This document shows positions 34,263 through 44,816 of a DNA stretch of 47,433 bases, piece after piece (within the stretch, counting starts at the first letter, position 1; each line of letters opens with the position of its first letter). This DNA is from an uncultured virus (IMG/VR IMGVR_UViG_3300011906_000001) (lineage: Duplodnaviria; Heunggongvirae; Uroviricota; Caudoviricetes), in IMG/VR virus record IMGVR_UViG_3300011906_000001, positions 186,001-233,433 of that record; one strand, given 5' to 3'. The position numbers and the translations under genes are program-made. The notes below the pieces were generated by a model. It had not been told where the DNA came from and ran no database searches. It was given only the letters and a program-made list of their open reading frames with translations.

Positions 34263-37151
34263 TTAGGCCTTTTTCTTATGTTTCAAGAAGTTAATGTTAA
34301 TATCATCCTCAACCATCAAATCATTGTTCGCAAGCACGGTGAGTTTCTTACGAAGCGATAACTTAACCGCAGGGTCTTCAATCGTGATGATGGGGAAGTT
34401 ATTCACGCCCCCCAATCCATTGATCTCAATCCCTGTGACATCATCACCCCCATTGGCTTTCAAGCGCTCGATAATATCCGAGGTTGAAATGGTGGTGTTG
34501 CCCAACATGGCATTGATGATCTCTTTGGTGCTCTTAATCATCGGTGCTCTAAGGGCTGGGCTGTTATAGCTTTTCTCAGGCATGTAATAGGTGATGTTAA
34601 GCGATTGGTCAATGGTGATGGATGACGACAATCCATCACGAACCGTGGCTGTAGTATCCCCAAAGGTGGTGGTGGGATAGACATACAGTTCACAACGCTC
34701 AAGCAACTGATCGTTAATGGCACTGATGTCCGAATTAATCCAGCTAATGATCTCAAGGGCAATGCTATCACGATACGCCACAGATTGGGCTTCTGTGGTA
34801 AAGTAATAAAGTCCATCGACCATAAACATCGTAAATTCCCTTAGGATCTTACGAGGACTGACCAACACCGGGTTGCCTTTCTCATCAAGCTTCACATCCC
34901 CTTTGAGATACCGATAGACAGGCGCGCCGTTGGCATCATAGACCTGATCACCCCGGTTATGTTCAACCTCATACTTAAGGCTTTTATCAGGATTGATCGA
35001 AATGATGATCTGTCCGTTCTCATCGCGCTTATAGAGCGTTTCTTCAAAGAGGTATGGAACATTCTCCTCCCATTTCTGATAACTGGCTTCACTGAGCAAC
35101 GTACGGTTACGATGCCACAGATCAGTCAGGTCATAACCGAAGACCACCGTCAAGCTTTCCCGACCAATGACCATAAATCGATTCATCAGGAGATGAGACT
35201 GAACCAGCAAGTCCAAATCTCCTGCTTGATAGCCTGGGGTAATGGAATCATTGACGATCACACTGATGTCAAGGTCATGAGTAAGCTTTAAGGAAAATTC
35301 CACTTGGCTTTCATCGTACATCGACAGGTTAGTGGTAAAGAGGTTGCCTTGGCTGTCGATATCAAAACGCGTATGGATATCAAACTGATAGACACGCTCA
35401 TCTTCATCAATCCCAATCAGGTTGCCATTAATCGAGGCGTAATTATTCTCCCCAACAGGCTTATATCCTAATTGAACACTTACCAATTCATCTTCAATGG
35501 CTTTAAAGCGGTCAGATGACTTAAGCTTAACCGTAATCCTAAACCCATCGTCAATCCGCTCAATCTCATAACTATCGACTGAAGCTTGAAGCTGCGTGCT
35601 GTCATTCTCCCCAATAAACAGCTTTCGGGTGATCTTAGGTTGATCAAGATAGTAAGGTCTGACATCAAAGTTGTCATTACCGCTATCAAGCACATAATGG
35701 AAGGGACTGTAGAGATAACGGTTTTCTACAGTAGAGCGGGCAATGGTTTCAGCCGAGGCTGACAAAAGTCGATCAAGAGCTGCATCGTTCATCATCAACA
35801 CTTTACCATTGACATACTGGTAAAGCTGCGAGGGAAGAATGGTCAAACGGGTGCCGTTATCCTTAACATGCTTTGATGCTGAGATCTGCTCCATAGACAA
35901 TTGAAGCTGACTCATCAAGCACCCCGCCCCTGAGATGACGTTAGCATCCACCGGGTTAGACAATCGCCTTGAGGCCAAGAATTGACGATTGGTGATGTTA
36001 TCGATGTTACTCACCAAGTTGTAACCTTTGTTACTTAATGCCGTGGTGAGCTGTACATCGGTAATAGGCACTTTGTTAGCGCCAGTTGAGTTGTCAATGA
36101 TCGAATTGCGGAACGTTTCAAAATCAACCGGATCAGATCCTCCCGTTACCCGATTAGGGTTTAGGGCTTGAAGTTGGTTGAAGGTATTGAGTGGAGAAGT
36201 GTATTGGGTGTCATCGTCAATGTCGTTAAAGACCACATTAACCAACCCGTAACTACCCAAGTCAATGTCAACGACCCCGCGAGTCGTGTACACATCAATT
36301 CTAATCTCGCCATCGACCGCACCGGTCGAGTTATAGATCACAGGGATGGTGACGCGAAGATTAGACCCAGACACCTTAAGGACGGCTGTCAGGTTATTGG
36401 GGTCATATACCTGATCAGAATGGGTGGTCTTAATGGGTGTCCATCGATTTCCATCGCGGATGAAGACCCGTGCAAAATAAAACTGATCACTGAAGCTGTA
36501 ATCTTGATCGAAGACTGACGTGGCATTAAGGGTTTCTTGGTAGGTCGTCACCTCAACTTGCAACGCTTGAAGTTCAAGCATGAGCAAAGTGGTATCGCGT
36601 GAAGTGATTTCTTTAAAAGTAACCAGATTGGTTTCAAGTGCCTGAATAGGAGAGACATCGGTTGCGTCATACACAATCTGCATCCCCCCATGCTGCATCA
36701 CCCGAAGTTCAACGGGATACTGCATGGTGAACTTAAAGCCTGCCACTTCAAATTCAGTGAGGCGTGGAATGATCAACTTACGAGACCCTGCATCTCCATA
36801 AGGGACCGCTTTTGCAATCACCTCTTGTTTGTTGATGTACAACTCAAAGGTAGTACGCGCAGGGCTTGAGAACCTGCCAATGAAATCATCATCACTCAAA
36901 TGCAGGTATAACTCATCCATGGTCAAGGCCATTGCTGGGTATTGCTTTCTCAGCAAGGCATGTGACTCACTCATGGCCAGTGAAGAGGTGACCGTAGCCG
37001 TTTCAAGGGCGTACACGAAAGGGTTAGCCGCATCAGGGACGTCAAAGCTACCCTTACCCGTTAACTGACTTTCTAGTTCATTCAATGCCACGTTAACCAT
37101 TAGGCCTGGGTTGAATCGGACTGCTTCCAGTTTATCTTTAAATTCGCTCAT
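34263..37151 (-). CDS. Large virion protein (gp87-like), probably baseplate wedge subunit (T4 gp6/BplJ-like)
   Basis: 962 aa. GGSDPVDFETFR resembles the GG-x-D-x-E-x-x-E-x-x-R motif of baseplate J/gp6 proteins. Synteny agrees. Confidence 0.75.
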   Translation of the reverse strand: MSEFKDKLEAVRFNPGLMVNVALNELESQLTGKGSFDVPDAANPFVYALETATVTSSLAMSESHALLRKQYPAMALTMDELYLHLSDDDFIGRFSSPARTTFELYINKQEVIAKAVPYGDAGSRKLIIPRLTEFEVAGFKFTMQYPVELRVMQHGGMQIVYDATDVSPIQALETNLVTFKEITSRDTTLLMLELQALQVEVTTYQETLNATSVFDQDYSFSDQFYFARVFIRDGNRWTPIKTTHSDQVYDPNNLTAVLKVSGSNLRVTIPVIYNSTGAVDGEIRIDVYTTRGVVDIDLGSYGLVNVVFNDIDDDTQYTSPLNTFNQLQALNPNRVTGGSDPVDFETFRNSIIDNSTGANKVPITDVQLTTALSNKGYNLVSNIDNITNRQFLASRRLSNPVDANVISGAGCLMSQLQLSMEQISASKHVKDNGTRLTILPSQLYQYVNGKVLMMNDAALDRLLSASAETIARSTVENRYLYSPFHYVLDSGNDNFDVRPYYLDQPKITRKLFIGENDSTQLQASVDSYEIERIDDGFRITVKLKSSDRFKAIEDELVSVQLGYKPVGENNYASINGNLIGIDEDERVYQFDIHTRFDIDSQGNLFTTNLSMYDESQVEFSLKLTHDLDISVIVNDSITPGYQAGDLDLLVQSHLLMNRFMVIGRESLTVVFGYDLTDLWHRNRTLLSEASYQKWEENVPYLFEETLYKRDENGQIIISINPDKSLKYEVEHNRGDQVYDANGAPVYRYLKGDVKLDEKGNPVLVSPRKILREFTMFMVDGLYYFTTEAQSVAYRDSIALEIISWINSDISAINDQLLERCELYVYPTTTFGDTTATVRDGLSSSITIDQSLNITYYMPEKSYNSPALRAPMIKSTKEIINAMLGNTTISTSDIIERLKANGGDDVTGIEINGLGGVNNFPIITIEDPAVKLSLRKKLTVLANNDLMVEDDININFLKHKKKA

Positions 37152-37168
37152 TTAACAGGTCTCTTAAA

Positions 37169-38266
37169 TTAACCATTAGCTGAAGTGGCATTGACATCAC
37201 CGTAGCGAATAACCCCAGCTTTCTGAGATTCATAAAAGGCGCGCGGCACCCACCATTCAAGCTCCATCGACGCAGGATTAATCCTGGGGTAGCTTTTATA
37301 GTTAAAGTAGTTTCGCTCCCAAGGTTGGAGTTTAACCATCGGGGAGTTGGCACCTTCATCCCTAACTCCATCTCGCATAGAGGGGTTCGCATCGGAAACA
37401 CAGGTATTAAATTCATAGATCAAAATATGATCGTAGTAGGTAAATCCCATGGCCCTGAAGGTGAAGGTGATCTGATCATTAACTGTTTGGAAAGGCGATT
37501 CTGATCCATCGCCTGTAAAGTCCGCATGGCGTCCAATAGGGGCTGTGATGGGGAATGATGCCCCACAGGCAAAGATCCGCGTGACGTAGGTTCTTGAGAC
37601 GTCAGTGACCAGGCGATAGACGCGGGTGTTGTAGTCAATGACATTATACAACACGTTCTCAGGGTAGGGCATTAAACGCCCTTCATATACCAGCCCCTGA
37701 TACCAGCCCCATAGCAGCAATGCCCATGTTATGGGATCGCCTGTGACGTTTCGAAATGTGGCCTGTAGGTCATAACTGTCGTAGCTATAGGGCACATCAT
37801 CGACGTAGGAGTACGCTTCGCGGTAGAGTCCAGGTTGTGAAGTGTGAGTCCCTAATGTGAAATCAGGCCATCCGGTTAAGGTGACCAGGTTATTACTCAG
37901 TAAAGGCATAAAGGGATTTAAAGGATCAACTGCGGCGCAAGGCACCTTAGCTTCAGGGCTTCGATGAGCCCTTGGATCAAGGTAACTTCGAATGATCCGT
38001 TGAATACTGTTTTGCCCATTGATCAGACTACTGGCTTGATCACTTAGCAATAAGGTTGACATCACACGATCAACCTGAAGGTTATCGTATGACAAGTTCA
38101 AATCAGGACGTGTGAAGAAGGTAAAGCCATGGTTCTCTGTGTTTAGGGCAATCGGGGCACCACGACCATTGATGTTGATTCCGTAAATGGAATCATAAAT
38201 CGCACGGTCTCTGGGCATCTGCCCAATATTTTGTACAATCTGATTTAAATAATCTTCATACGCCAT
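37169..38266 (-). CDS. Virion structural protein (gp88-like), probably baseplate/tube-associated
   Basis: 365 aa with an AGGTGA SD, co-oriented with the gp87-like gene. Confidence 0.75.
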   Translation of the reverse strand: MAYEDYLNQIVQNIGQMPRDRAIYDSIYGININGRGAPIALNTENHGFTFFTRPDLNLSYDNLQVDRVMSTLLLSDQASSLINGQNSIQRIIRSYLDPRAHRSPEAKVPCAAVDPLNPFMPLLSNNLVTLTGWPDFTLGTHTSQPGLYREAYSYVDDVPYSYDSYDLQATFRNVTGDPITWALLLWGWYQGLVYEGRLMPYPENVLYNVIDYNTRVYRLVTDVSRTYVTRIFACGASFPITAPIGRHADFTGDGSESPFQTVNDQITFTFRAMGFTYYDHILIYEFNTCVSDANPSMRDGVRDEGANSPMVKLQPWERNYFNYKSYPRINPASMELEWWVPRAFYESQKAGVIRYGDVNATSANG

Positions 38267-38295
38267 CTATATCACCTGAAAAACATGAGGAATTA

Positions 38296-39426
38296 TTGAC
38301 CATGGCTATCATTCTTCCAGCCGTTGCAGCAGCAGGCGCTGCTGCTGTCCCAGTGCTGGGCCAGGCAATTGGAAAAACCACCGGACATTTAATTGTAAGC
38401 TTGAGTAACCTGGTTGCAAAAGGCAATTCCATCAGTTCGCTTGCAGACCTGTCTCGTCCTGCGCGAGTGGAGCCTTTGGTCCTGGTTGAAAAGTCGCTTG
38501 AAGGTCAGCCTTATATGGAAGACCTGATGAAGTTTGGCTTGACGACCTTCACCGGCTATTACATGCAAGCGGTGAGTATGATTACCAATGTCGGTAAAAT
38601 CGACACACTTAAAGTCTTTGACAGCCTGAACCCTTACCGGTCGCAAGGCTCTATCAAAGATGCGGTCTGGTCCAATGAAGCGTATCAAGATGGCCTGCCC
38701 AAGCTTGAAGCCTTTCATCAGCCCTTGGAAAAGAAGCTGGTCGCATCGCTTGAAGATGCCGATCCAAGCATTAAAGCTGAAATCCCCTCCAAACTCTTTG
38801 AAGCCGATAACTTAGCTGTAGGCAAGCTCATTAATGTTGAGCTTAAAGACGGTGACCACACCGCTAAGATCCCGGTACTCGTCAGACTGGTTCCTGTCAC
38901 GGTTCCGTCTCAGGCCTTGTCTCATATCTTTACTGCCGGGGGTCGTGATTCCTGGGGGGATCGTTATCGGCTATGGAAAGGCGGCCAAATCAGTTTCGTG
39001 CGTGATTTGATCTTTGGTATGGACATGGTCGATCAGCACCGGAAGGCGTTGGCGAACGATTCGTCGGGGGCATTGAGTGAAATCACCACCCGTCGTCGCA
39101 ATAACATTCGCAAGCAAGCCATGACGGGAACGGCCTCGATGGCCGATGCGTCTAATATCGCTGTGATCACCAAGCAGACTGCTAAAGAGATGGGTCGTGC
39201 CCTGTACGGCAAGCTTGAAAACAAAGCCATCCGCGATAAGATCTTTGACAACAGCTACCTGCTGGTCTTGATGGTGGTGGACGATCAGTATGAACGTGTC
39301 ACTGTGTACCATCGGGGTGTTGACCTTGTGACCAATTACAGTTTCCGTGAAATCAAAGGCATGGAAAAGAACAAAGGTCAGGACGTCACTGAGATGTTCA
39401 AAGTCTTCCATCAAATGATGGGCTAG
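38296..39426 (+). CDS. Inner body/head protein (gp89-like)
   Basis: Contains ARVEPLVLVE and LAVGKLINVEL, plus SNE and SLE processing motifs. Synteny agrees. The start may be TTG 38296 or ATG 38302. Confidence 0.75.
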   Translation: MTMAIILPAVAAAGAAAVPVLGQAIGKTTGHLIVSLSNLVAKGNSISSLADLSRPARVEPLVLVEKSLEGQPYMEDLMKFGLTTFTGYYMQAVSMITNVGKIDTLKVFDSLNPYRSQGSIKDAVWSNEAYQDGLPKLEAFHQPLEKKLVASLEDADPSIKAEIPSKLFEADNLAVGKLINVELKDGDHTAKIPVLVRLVPVTVPSQALSHIFTAGGRDSWGDRYRLWKGGQISFVRDLIFGMDMVDQHRKALANDSSGALSEITTRRRNNIRKQAMTGTASMADASNIAVITKQTAKEMGRALYGKLENKAIRDKIFDNSYLLVLMVVDDQYERVTVYHRGVDLVTNYSFREIKGMEKNKGQDVTEMFKVFHQMMG

Positions 39427-39452
39427 TCGATTCTTATAAGGCATTAACGCAC

Positions 39453-40349
39453 ATGGAAACCATTCTAAGTTACATCAAAACCCTTGCCCCTGTGTATGAG
39501 CGCCGTGACCTTCTAGCGGCCTTGAACCAGATTCAAGAAGAACACAGCGCAACGGTTACCCCCATTGTTCAAACCTTCCGTGAAACCATGCAGGGTTTTG
39601 AATACAGATCACCGCTGAATAAGGCCTTCAACAGCCAGTTCGCCAAAGTGGTTAATCACGGACGCAATGTTCCGATTGTACTGGTATTGGATTCATTGGA
39701 TCAGTTGCAGTCGAACTACCCGTTTCTTGAAAAAGAGATTCGTCGTCTGTTCTCCATTCAGTTCACCACCACCGCTATCAGCTATGATCGCGTGAACATG
39801 CTTCGCTACATTGAATCGATTGCCTTCTATGTTCGCTATGCCCGAAAGCTGTTGCTGAACATTGTCGCCGATGAAGCGGCTTTGCTGGGTGGGACGAAGA
39901 GCGACTGGTCTAAAGCCGAAAAAGCATGGATCGTTGATAACATGCCCAACTTCTGTGGGATGTTTGATGCCATCAATAAGCCTGAGGGGCAATTGAAGTC
40001 CGTCCTCTCCAGCGTTTCCTCGGCTGAGATCGATGAAGCCACCGTTGAGCTCGCCAGCAAGAGCTTGGGTCAAAAGGGTATTGATCCCATGCGTTTGGCT
40101 CAATTCTCCCCTCAGCGCAATCCCCTGCTTTCGGTGGGTAAATGGATGGCTGAGCTTCAGGTCAAGCGTCATAAAGCGGCTAAGGAAGAGCTGTACGCCC
40201 TTCAGCTGCGCCTTCAAGAACTGCGTGAGATTCAAGCTGAAGGCAAGGTCAAACCCAACCTCCAATTGTTTATCAAGCAAACAGAAGACCGCATTGGAAA
40301 ACTGGATTATCAAATTGTTCAGTTTGAAGAAGCTAACGCTTACGAGTAA
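39453..40349 (+). CDS. Inner body/head protein (gp90-like)
   Basis: 298 aa with a C-terminal coiled coil. Synteny agrees. Confidence 0.75.
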   Translation: METILSYIKTLAPVYERRDLLAALNQIQEEHSATVTPIVQTFRETMQGFEYRSPLNKAFNSQFAKVVNHGRNVPIVLVLDSLDQLQSNYPFLEKEIRRLFSIQFTTTAISYDRVNMLRYIESIAFYVRYARKLLLNIVADEAALLGGTKSDWSKAEKAWIVDNMPNFCGMFDAINKPEGQLKSVLSSVSSAEIDEATVELASKSLGQKGIDPMRLAQFSPQRNPLLSVGKWMAELQVKRHKAAKEELYALQLRLQELREIQAEGKVKPNLQLFIKQTEDRIGKLDYQIVQFEEANAYE

Positions 40350-40360
40350 GGGGATCACCT

Positions 40361-40897
40361 ATGACCATGCCCAATGTGGTTAAACAACACCACCCAGGCT
40401 ACAGTGGGGGTCAGGCAAGCTCCAGTGTGCGCTATGACACCCGTGAAGGCGATCCTGAAATCGTTGAGCTGATGAATCGTTACACAGGTCCTGAAGCCCA
40501 TTCGACCACCTGGGAATTCCGACGCCAGGTCATTGCAGCGGCTGTTCGTCTACTTAAAGGCAATAGCAATTGGTTTATCTTACAAGATACCAATCCGATG
40601 GTGCAGGAATACAACTACCTCTTCCTGCAAGATACCCTTCGCTATATCGCCACAGGACATCGGCAGCTTTCGGTCTATGCATGGCAAGACCTGCTGACAC
40701 ACACGCCTGAAACGGCTTTGAAGGATGTTAAGAGTCGTCATGAGATCAGTGACAAGTTCAAAGAACTGACCTTGTCAACATCACTGACGGCTTTGATTCA
40801 ACGATGGTTGAGTCATCCCAAAGGCTTTGATGATTTCATGTTCTCGCTCCATCTCATGTTTGGGCGTATGGACATGCGCTACGAATACAACGATTAA
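40361..40897 (+). CDS. Putative virion protein (gp91-like by synteny)
   Basis: 178-aa ORF with an AAGGGG SD. Confidence 0.7.
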   Translation: MTMPNVVKQHHPGYSGGQASSSVRYDTREGDPEIVELMNRYTGPEAHSTTWEFRRQVIAAAVRLLKGNSNWFILQDTNPMVQEYNYLFLQDTLRYIATGHRQLSVYAWQDLLTHTPETALKDVKSRHEISDKFKELTLSTSLTALIQRWLSHPKGFDDFMFSLHLMFGRMDMRYEYND

Positions 40898-40918
40898 TCC
40901 TTAAGGAACGCATTTCCC

Positions 40919-42160
40919 ATGTCTCTTAAAACCTTTATCTCCAGCGAGCAGTACGACGAACCGACTGTCGCGATTGATGGCCCTGTTGAAGAAAACGACA
41001 GCGTTGAAATCACCCAGGCGCCTGAAGCCATCGAAGCGGTCACCAGTCAAGATGCCATCCTTGAGCAGATTGAAGACACCGAAGAGGCCATCGTCACGGT
41101 TGAAGCGTACTGTGGAATTCTCAAGCGCTGCGCTAAAACCGGCATCTCGGCAGAATCGGCCGCCTTTATGCAGGTTGGTCTTGAGCGCTTTGAACACCTG
41201 TTTGATAACGACCTCAAGCAAGTGCCGTCTCTGGAAGCCTTTGGTGGAACGGCCTCGCGTCAGATGTCTACTCAGGTCTCGTTGGAGGCATTGAAGGACC
41301 AGGCACAATCTTTGTTGGCGAAACTTAAAGCACTCTTTAAGATGCTAATGGATGCGGCTAAAGAAGTGTATCGCCGCGTGGCTGAAGATGCCGAGCGCTT
41401 GGTGGAGAAACTCCAGGCGCTTCAAACCAAAGCCCGTAACCTGGCCAACGATGAACCTCAGAAAGACAAGGTCTCGATTCGCAATGCCGGTTCCTTGAGC
41501 GTAGGCTCTGAGTTCATGGGTAAGGACTCGACTGCCATTGCAGGTGTGGTGGCTTACCTGGCCAATATCTATCCTTCTCAGCTATCGACCTACATCACCG
41601 AAATTGCCGGCGTAATGCGCCGCACGGCGCGTGATGGTGCGAGCAAAGAAGAAGTCTATTCGATGCTCAACAGCCTGCGTTCCCCTGAGTCCCTCTTTAA
41701 GGGCAATGCTGATACGCTGCCAGGCAATGTGAAGCTTGTCTTTGAAACCCCTGAAGGGGAGAACATCAAGAAGTTCTTGGGTCAGCGCATCAAACTTGAA
41801 AAGGTTGAAGGTGCAGATGCGGGCGCTATTGAAATTGATGTCAGTGCTCCTGCTGATCTGGTTCGTCGTATCAATGCCTTGGTAAAAACCACTCAAGTGT
41901 TGGCTCGAATCAAAGAGATCAGCGCAGGCCCTGTGTCCAATTCTGGGAAAGTGCTTGAAGCAGCCGATGAGCTGGCTAAAAACCTGGAAGCTGAGAAGTA
42001 CGAAGGCGACAAAGCTGAAGGGCCAGCAGAACTGGTTAAAGAAGCCAGTGGTATTCCGAAGATGGCAGGGCCCGCCATGACGGATGCGATCAGCTACTGC
42101 TACAAGACATTGGCAGCTTACGCGGCTGTTATTAACCACGAACTCAATGCTTACGGCTGA
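40919..42160 (+). CDS. Internal head protein (gp93-97 paralog family)
   Basis: Acidic pro-region, with VPSLEAF and VSLE processing motifs. Confidence 0.8.
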   Translation: MSLKTFISSEQYDEPTVAIDGPVEENDSVEITQAPEAIEAVTSQDAILEQIEDTEEAIVTVEAYCGILKRCAKTGISAESAAFMQVGLERFEHLFDNDLKQVPSLEAFGGTASRQMSTQVSLEALKDQAQSLLAKLKALFKMLMDAAKEVYRRVAEDAERLVEKLQALQTKARNLANDEPQKDKVSIRNAGSLSVGSEFMGKDSTAIAGVVAYLANIYPSQLSTYITEIAGVMRRTARDGASKEEVYSMLNSLRSPESLFKGNADTLPGNVKLVFETPEGENIKKFLGQRIKLEKVEGADAGAIEIDVSAPADLVRRINALVKTTQVLARIKEISAGPVSNSGKVLEAADELAKNLEAEKYEGDKAEGPAELVKEASGIPKMAGPAMTDAISYCYKTLAAYAAVINHELNAYG

Positions 42161-42176
42161 TTGACAAGAGGCACCT

Positions 42177-43292
42177 ATGGCCAACGATGAAGACTTCTTT
42201 GACAACCTGATCAAGGGGGAGGTTGATGAGACACCTCAATCGACCTCACATCGCTTGGCCAATTTGCTCAGTGATGATGAAAGCGGTGATGAACTGCTAC
42301 GACTGGTTGAAAGCGTCGAAGCGTACAACACCCGTCAAGACCATGACTTGTTATTGCCGACCTTGAGCCTTGAAGCCTTTGGACAAACCGATATCAGTTC
42401 GATGATTAAGGCCATTGTTGAATGGCTCAAATCGTTGATCGATGCGATGTTTGATGAGATGACAGCCTTAGGGGTTACGGCTTATCATCTCAAACGAAAA
42501 GCTGAAGACTTAAAGATCTTGTCACGTGACAGGCGGCTAAAGCCTGTGAGCCAATCAAGCTTTGTGGTCAATACGCGGACGGTAAACTTACATGTTCGCT
42601 ACAGGCCGATCACGACCGTTTATGAGCTGATGACGCAGTTAAAGGTTTTAGCTGAAACGGTTAAGGTCTTTTACAACTATGACCCCCTAAGTCAGGTTCA
42701 ATCGGTTGTTGCAACGAGCCTGCAACCCGATTCGGTTTCAGCACTGGTGGCTAAGCTTCACTCGGTATCGCCTCACAACCTGACCGTGGGTAATCGGGTC
42801 TTTACTCCACATTCATCCATTGACGGTTGGTCGGTATCGCCTCAACTGTTGGGTAATCATCGTCTCCTGATCAAGAACCGCTTGGAAGGGACTGACTATG
42901 AAAAGATCAATGGGGCGTCGGTGAGGCTGGTTCATGCTGAAATGAATCCAAAGCCTGTCTCCCTTGAGATCGAGTTTACCCGATTTGGTTTAAGCCAATC
43001 GGATCAGTGCTTGAATTTGATCAGTAGTATATGTGACACCCTGATTGATGCAGGGTCCATGGCTTCACGTTCAAAACGAAGCCAGGCCCTTAATCAAGTG
43101 CGGTCAGCCTTAGATCGGTTGATGCAAAAAGCCAAGATCACAGGCGATGAAGGCAGTGCTGAAATAAAGCAAACGGTGGCCTTGCTTGAGCAGTATATCA
43201 ACTGGAGCGTTAATCCTTATAACGGATTATATGGCTTAACTTGCCGTAATTTAAAAGCTGCACTTAATGTGTGTGCTCTTAACACTCAGTAG
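42177..43292 (+). CDS. Internal head protein paralog
   Basis: LSLEAF is followed by an amphipathic helix (IKAIVEWLKSLIDAMF), as in neighbouring paralogs. Confidence 0.75.
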   Translation: MANDEDFFDNLIKGEVDETPQSTSHRLANLLSDDESGDELLRLVESVEAYNTRQDHDLLLPTLSLEAFGQTDISSMIKAIVEWLKSLIDAMFDEMTALGVTAYHLKRKAEDLKILSRDRRLKPVSQSSFVVNTRTVNLHVRYRPITTVYELMTQLKVLAETVKVFYNYDPLSQVQSVVATSLQPDSVSALVAKLHSVSPHNLTVGNRVFTPHSSIDGWSVSPQLLGNHRLLIKNRLEGTDYEKINGASVRLVHAEMNPKPVSLEIEFTRFGLSQSDQCLNLISSICDTLIDAGSMASRSKRSQALNQVRSALDRLMQKAKITGDEGSAEIKQTVALLEQYINWSVNPYNGLYGLTCRNLKAALNVCALNTQ

Positions 43293-43349
43293 GATCGGCC
43301 ATCTTACTGATTTTATTATTTGCCCCTCTGTACAGAAGGTTAATGTCCC

Positions 43350-44729
43350 ATGCGTATGAAAAGTTTGCACCAATACCTGTCGACTGAAGAATTCGACGAG
43401 TCCGACGTTGCCGTTGTAACCGAAGCTGAAGAAGGCCCTCAATTGGACGAAGACGTTCAGAGCGCGCTGGACGAAGCTGAAGTTGAAGTGCCTGACGTTC
43501 AGGACGAAGTCACTGAAGATGCCGTGATCGAAGCGGAAGACGACATCGAAGAAGCCGATGAGGAAATCGAAGAAGAAATCGAGGAACTCGAAGAAGCTGA
43601 AGAAATCGCGGAAGAAATCGAAGAAGAGCAAGCCTCGGTTGAGCATTTCATGACTGTTCTTCAGCATGGTATCAAGACCAAGACCTTCTCGCCGCAGTTT
43701 GTGGCCACCGCTCAGCATAAGCTTGATAAGCTTAACGAGACCTTCGGTGGTGAAGTGGGTGTTCCATCGCTTGAGTCCTATAATGGCGACAGCCTGGAAG
43801 ATTACTACACCGCGTCCCTGGAATCCTTCCAAGGCTTCATGCGTCGCCTCGGTGATGCGGCTGAACGCCTGGAGCGTAAGGTTTTCGGTAAGCTGGTTAA
43901 CGCCGGCGTGATCGAGCGGTTCAAAAAGAAAGGCGCTGCCGTTAACACCCGCGCCGATGACCTGGTCGCCAAGCTGAATGCCTTGGGTAATGCCGAAGAG
44001 GGTTTCACGGTTGGTAAAGCGCCGAAGAAGCTGTTGGTTGTAGGCAGTGACAATATCGTCGCGAGCTTGAAGGCTGACCTTAAGCTTTCGACCGCTATGA
44101 CCACCAGCGTCCTTAAAGCCTCCGAAGGTTTCATCCAAGGCGTCTTTAAGGTCCTAGGTGAAACAGCAAGTGCCGGTGGTGAAGGCAAAACCGGTCCGAT
44201 CATCGCCAAAGCCTTGAACCTTAAGAAGCCGTATGAAAGCTTCCCAAGCGAAGCATTCAGCAGTGGTTTTGTGGGTGGTATGGTCTTTGAGAAGATTGAA
44301 GTCACCGGCGACAGCGATATTGCCAAGATTAAGAGTCTGGTTAATAACGCCTATCCAGAGGATGACTCCAATAAAGTCTCCGCCCCTGAAGGAATGACTT
44401 TGAGCAAAGCCGATCTGTCGGTTCTGCTTAAGCTTGCCAAATCCTACGGCGCCCTGGCGATTAAGACCGCTGAGAACTCGGGAAGCAAATCCATCGAACA
44501 GTGGGATCTTGGTTACGATAAGAAGTCCCAAGCTATCAGTGGGGCTGCGAATACCTCGTGGGAAGAAGGCAAGAGCCTCGATGCCTTGGCTTCGGGTGTC
44601 TTCGGTCTGGTCGTGAATCACCATCATCTATACCTGACCATGGTCCATCACGTTGCAGATGTTGGTGATGATATCTGTAACTTGGTTGAACGCCTAATCA
44701 AAAGCTACAAGCCTGCTAAAGCTGAGTAA
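43350..44729 (+). CDS. Internal head protein with very acidic propeptide (gp93-97 family)
   Basis: An E/D-rich tract of about 85 aa, with VPSLESY and ASLESF motifs and high-expression codon bias. Confidence 0.8.
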   Translation: MRMKSLHQYLSTEEFDESDVAVVTEAEEGPQLDEDVQSALDEAEVEVPDVQDEVTEDAVIEAEDDIEEADEEIEEEIEELEEAEEIAEEIEEEQASVEHFMTVLQHGIKTKTFSPQFVATAQHKLDKLNETFGGEVGVPSLESYNGDSLEDYYTASLESFQGFMRRLGDAAERLERKVFGKLVNAGVIERFKKKGAAVNTRADDLVAKLNALGNAEEGFTVGKAPKKLLVVGSDNIVASLKADLKLSTAMTTSVLKASEGFIQGVFKVLGETASAGGEGKTGPIIAKALNLKKPYESFPSEAFSSGFVGGMVFEKIEVTGDSDIAKIKSLVNNAYPEDDSNKVSAPEGMTLSKADLSVLLKLAKSYGALAIKTAENSGSKSIEQWDLGYDKKSQAISGAANTSWEEGKSLDALASGVFGLVVNHHHLYLTMVHHVADVGDDICNLVERLIKSYKPAKAE

Positions 44730-44742
44730 TTAGCTTTACGTG

Positions 44743-44771
44743 ATAAAGGAGCCCTTCGGGGCTCCTTTATG
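44743..44771 (+). terminator. Terminator hairpin
   Basis: ATAAAGGAGCCC-TTCG-GGGCTCCTTTAT, with the same core as the chmA terminator. Confidence 0.85.
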
Positions 44772-44816
44772 CCCGAAGCGGGATCTTATAGTTGACCTTC
44801 TCTTAAGGATGGACCT

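Noticed and set aside
38267..38278. CTATATCACCTG as a third copy of the promoter motif
   Set aside because: Explained more simply as the AGGTGA SD of the minus-strand gene starting at 38266; the A-tract spacing does not match the other two copies.
43251..44138. Long antisense ORFs (also 8017-8634, 11101-11682, 39693-40358, 41582-42214, 43805-44326)
   Set aside because: These are shadows of strongly codon-biased sense genes, with no recognisable motifs or independent expression signals.
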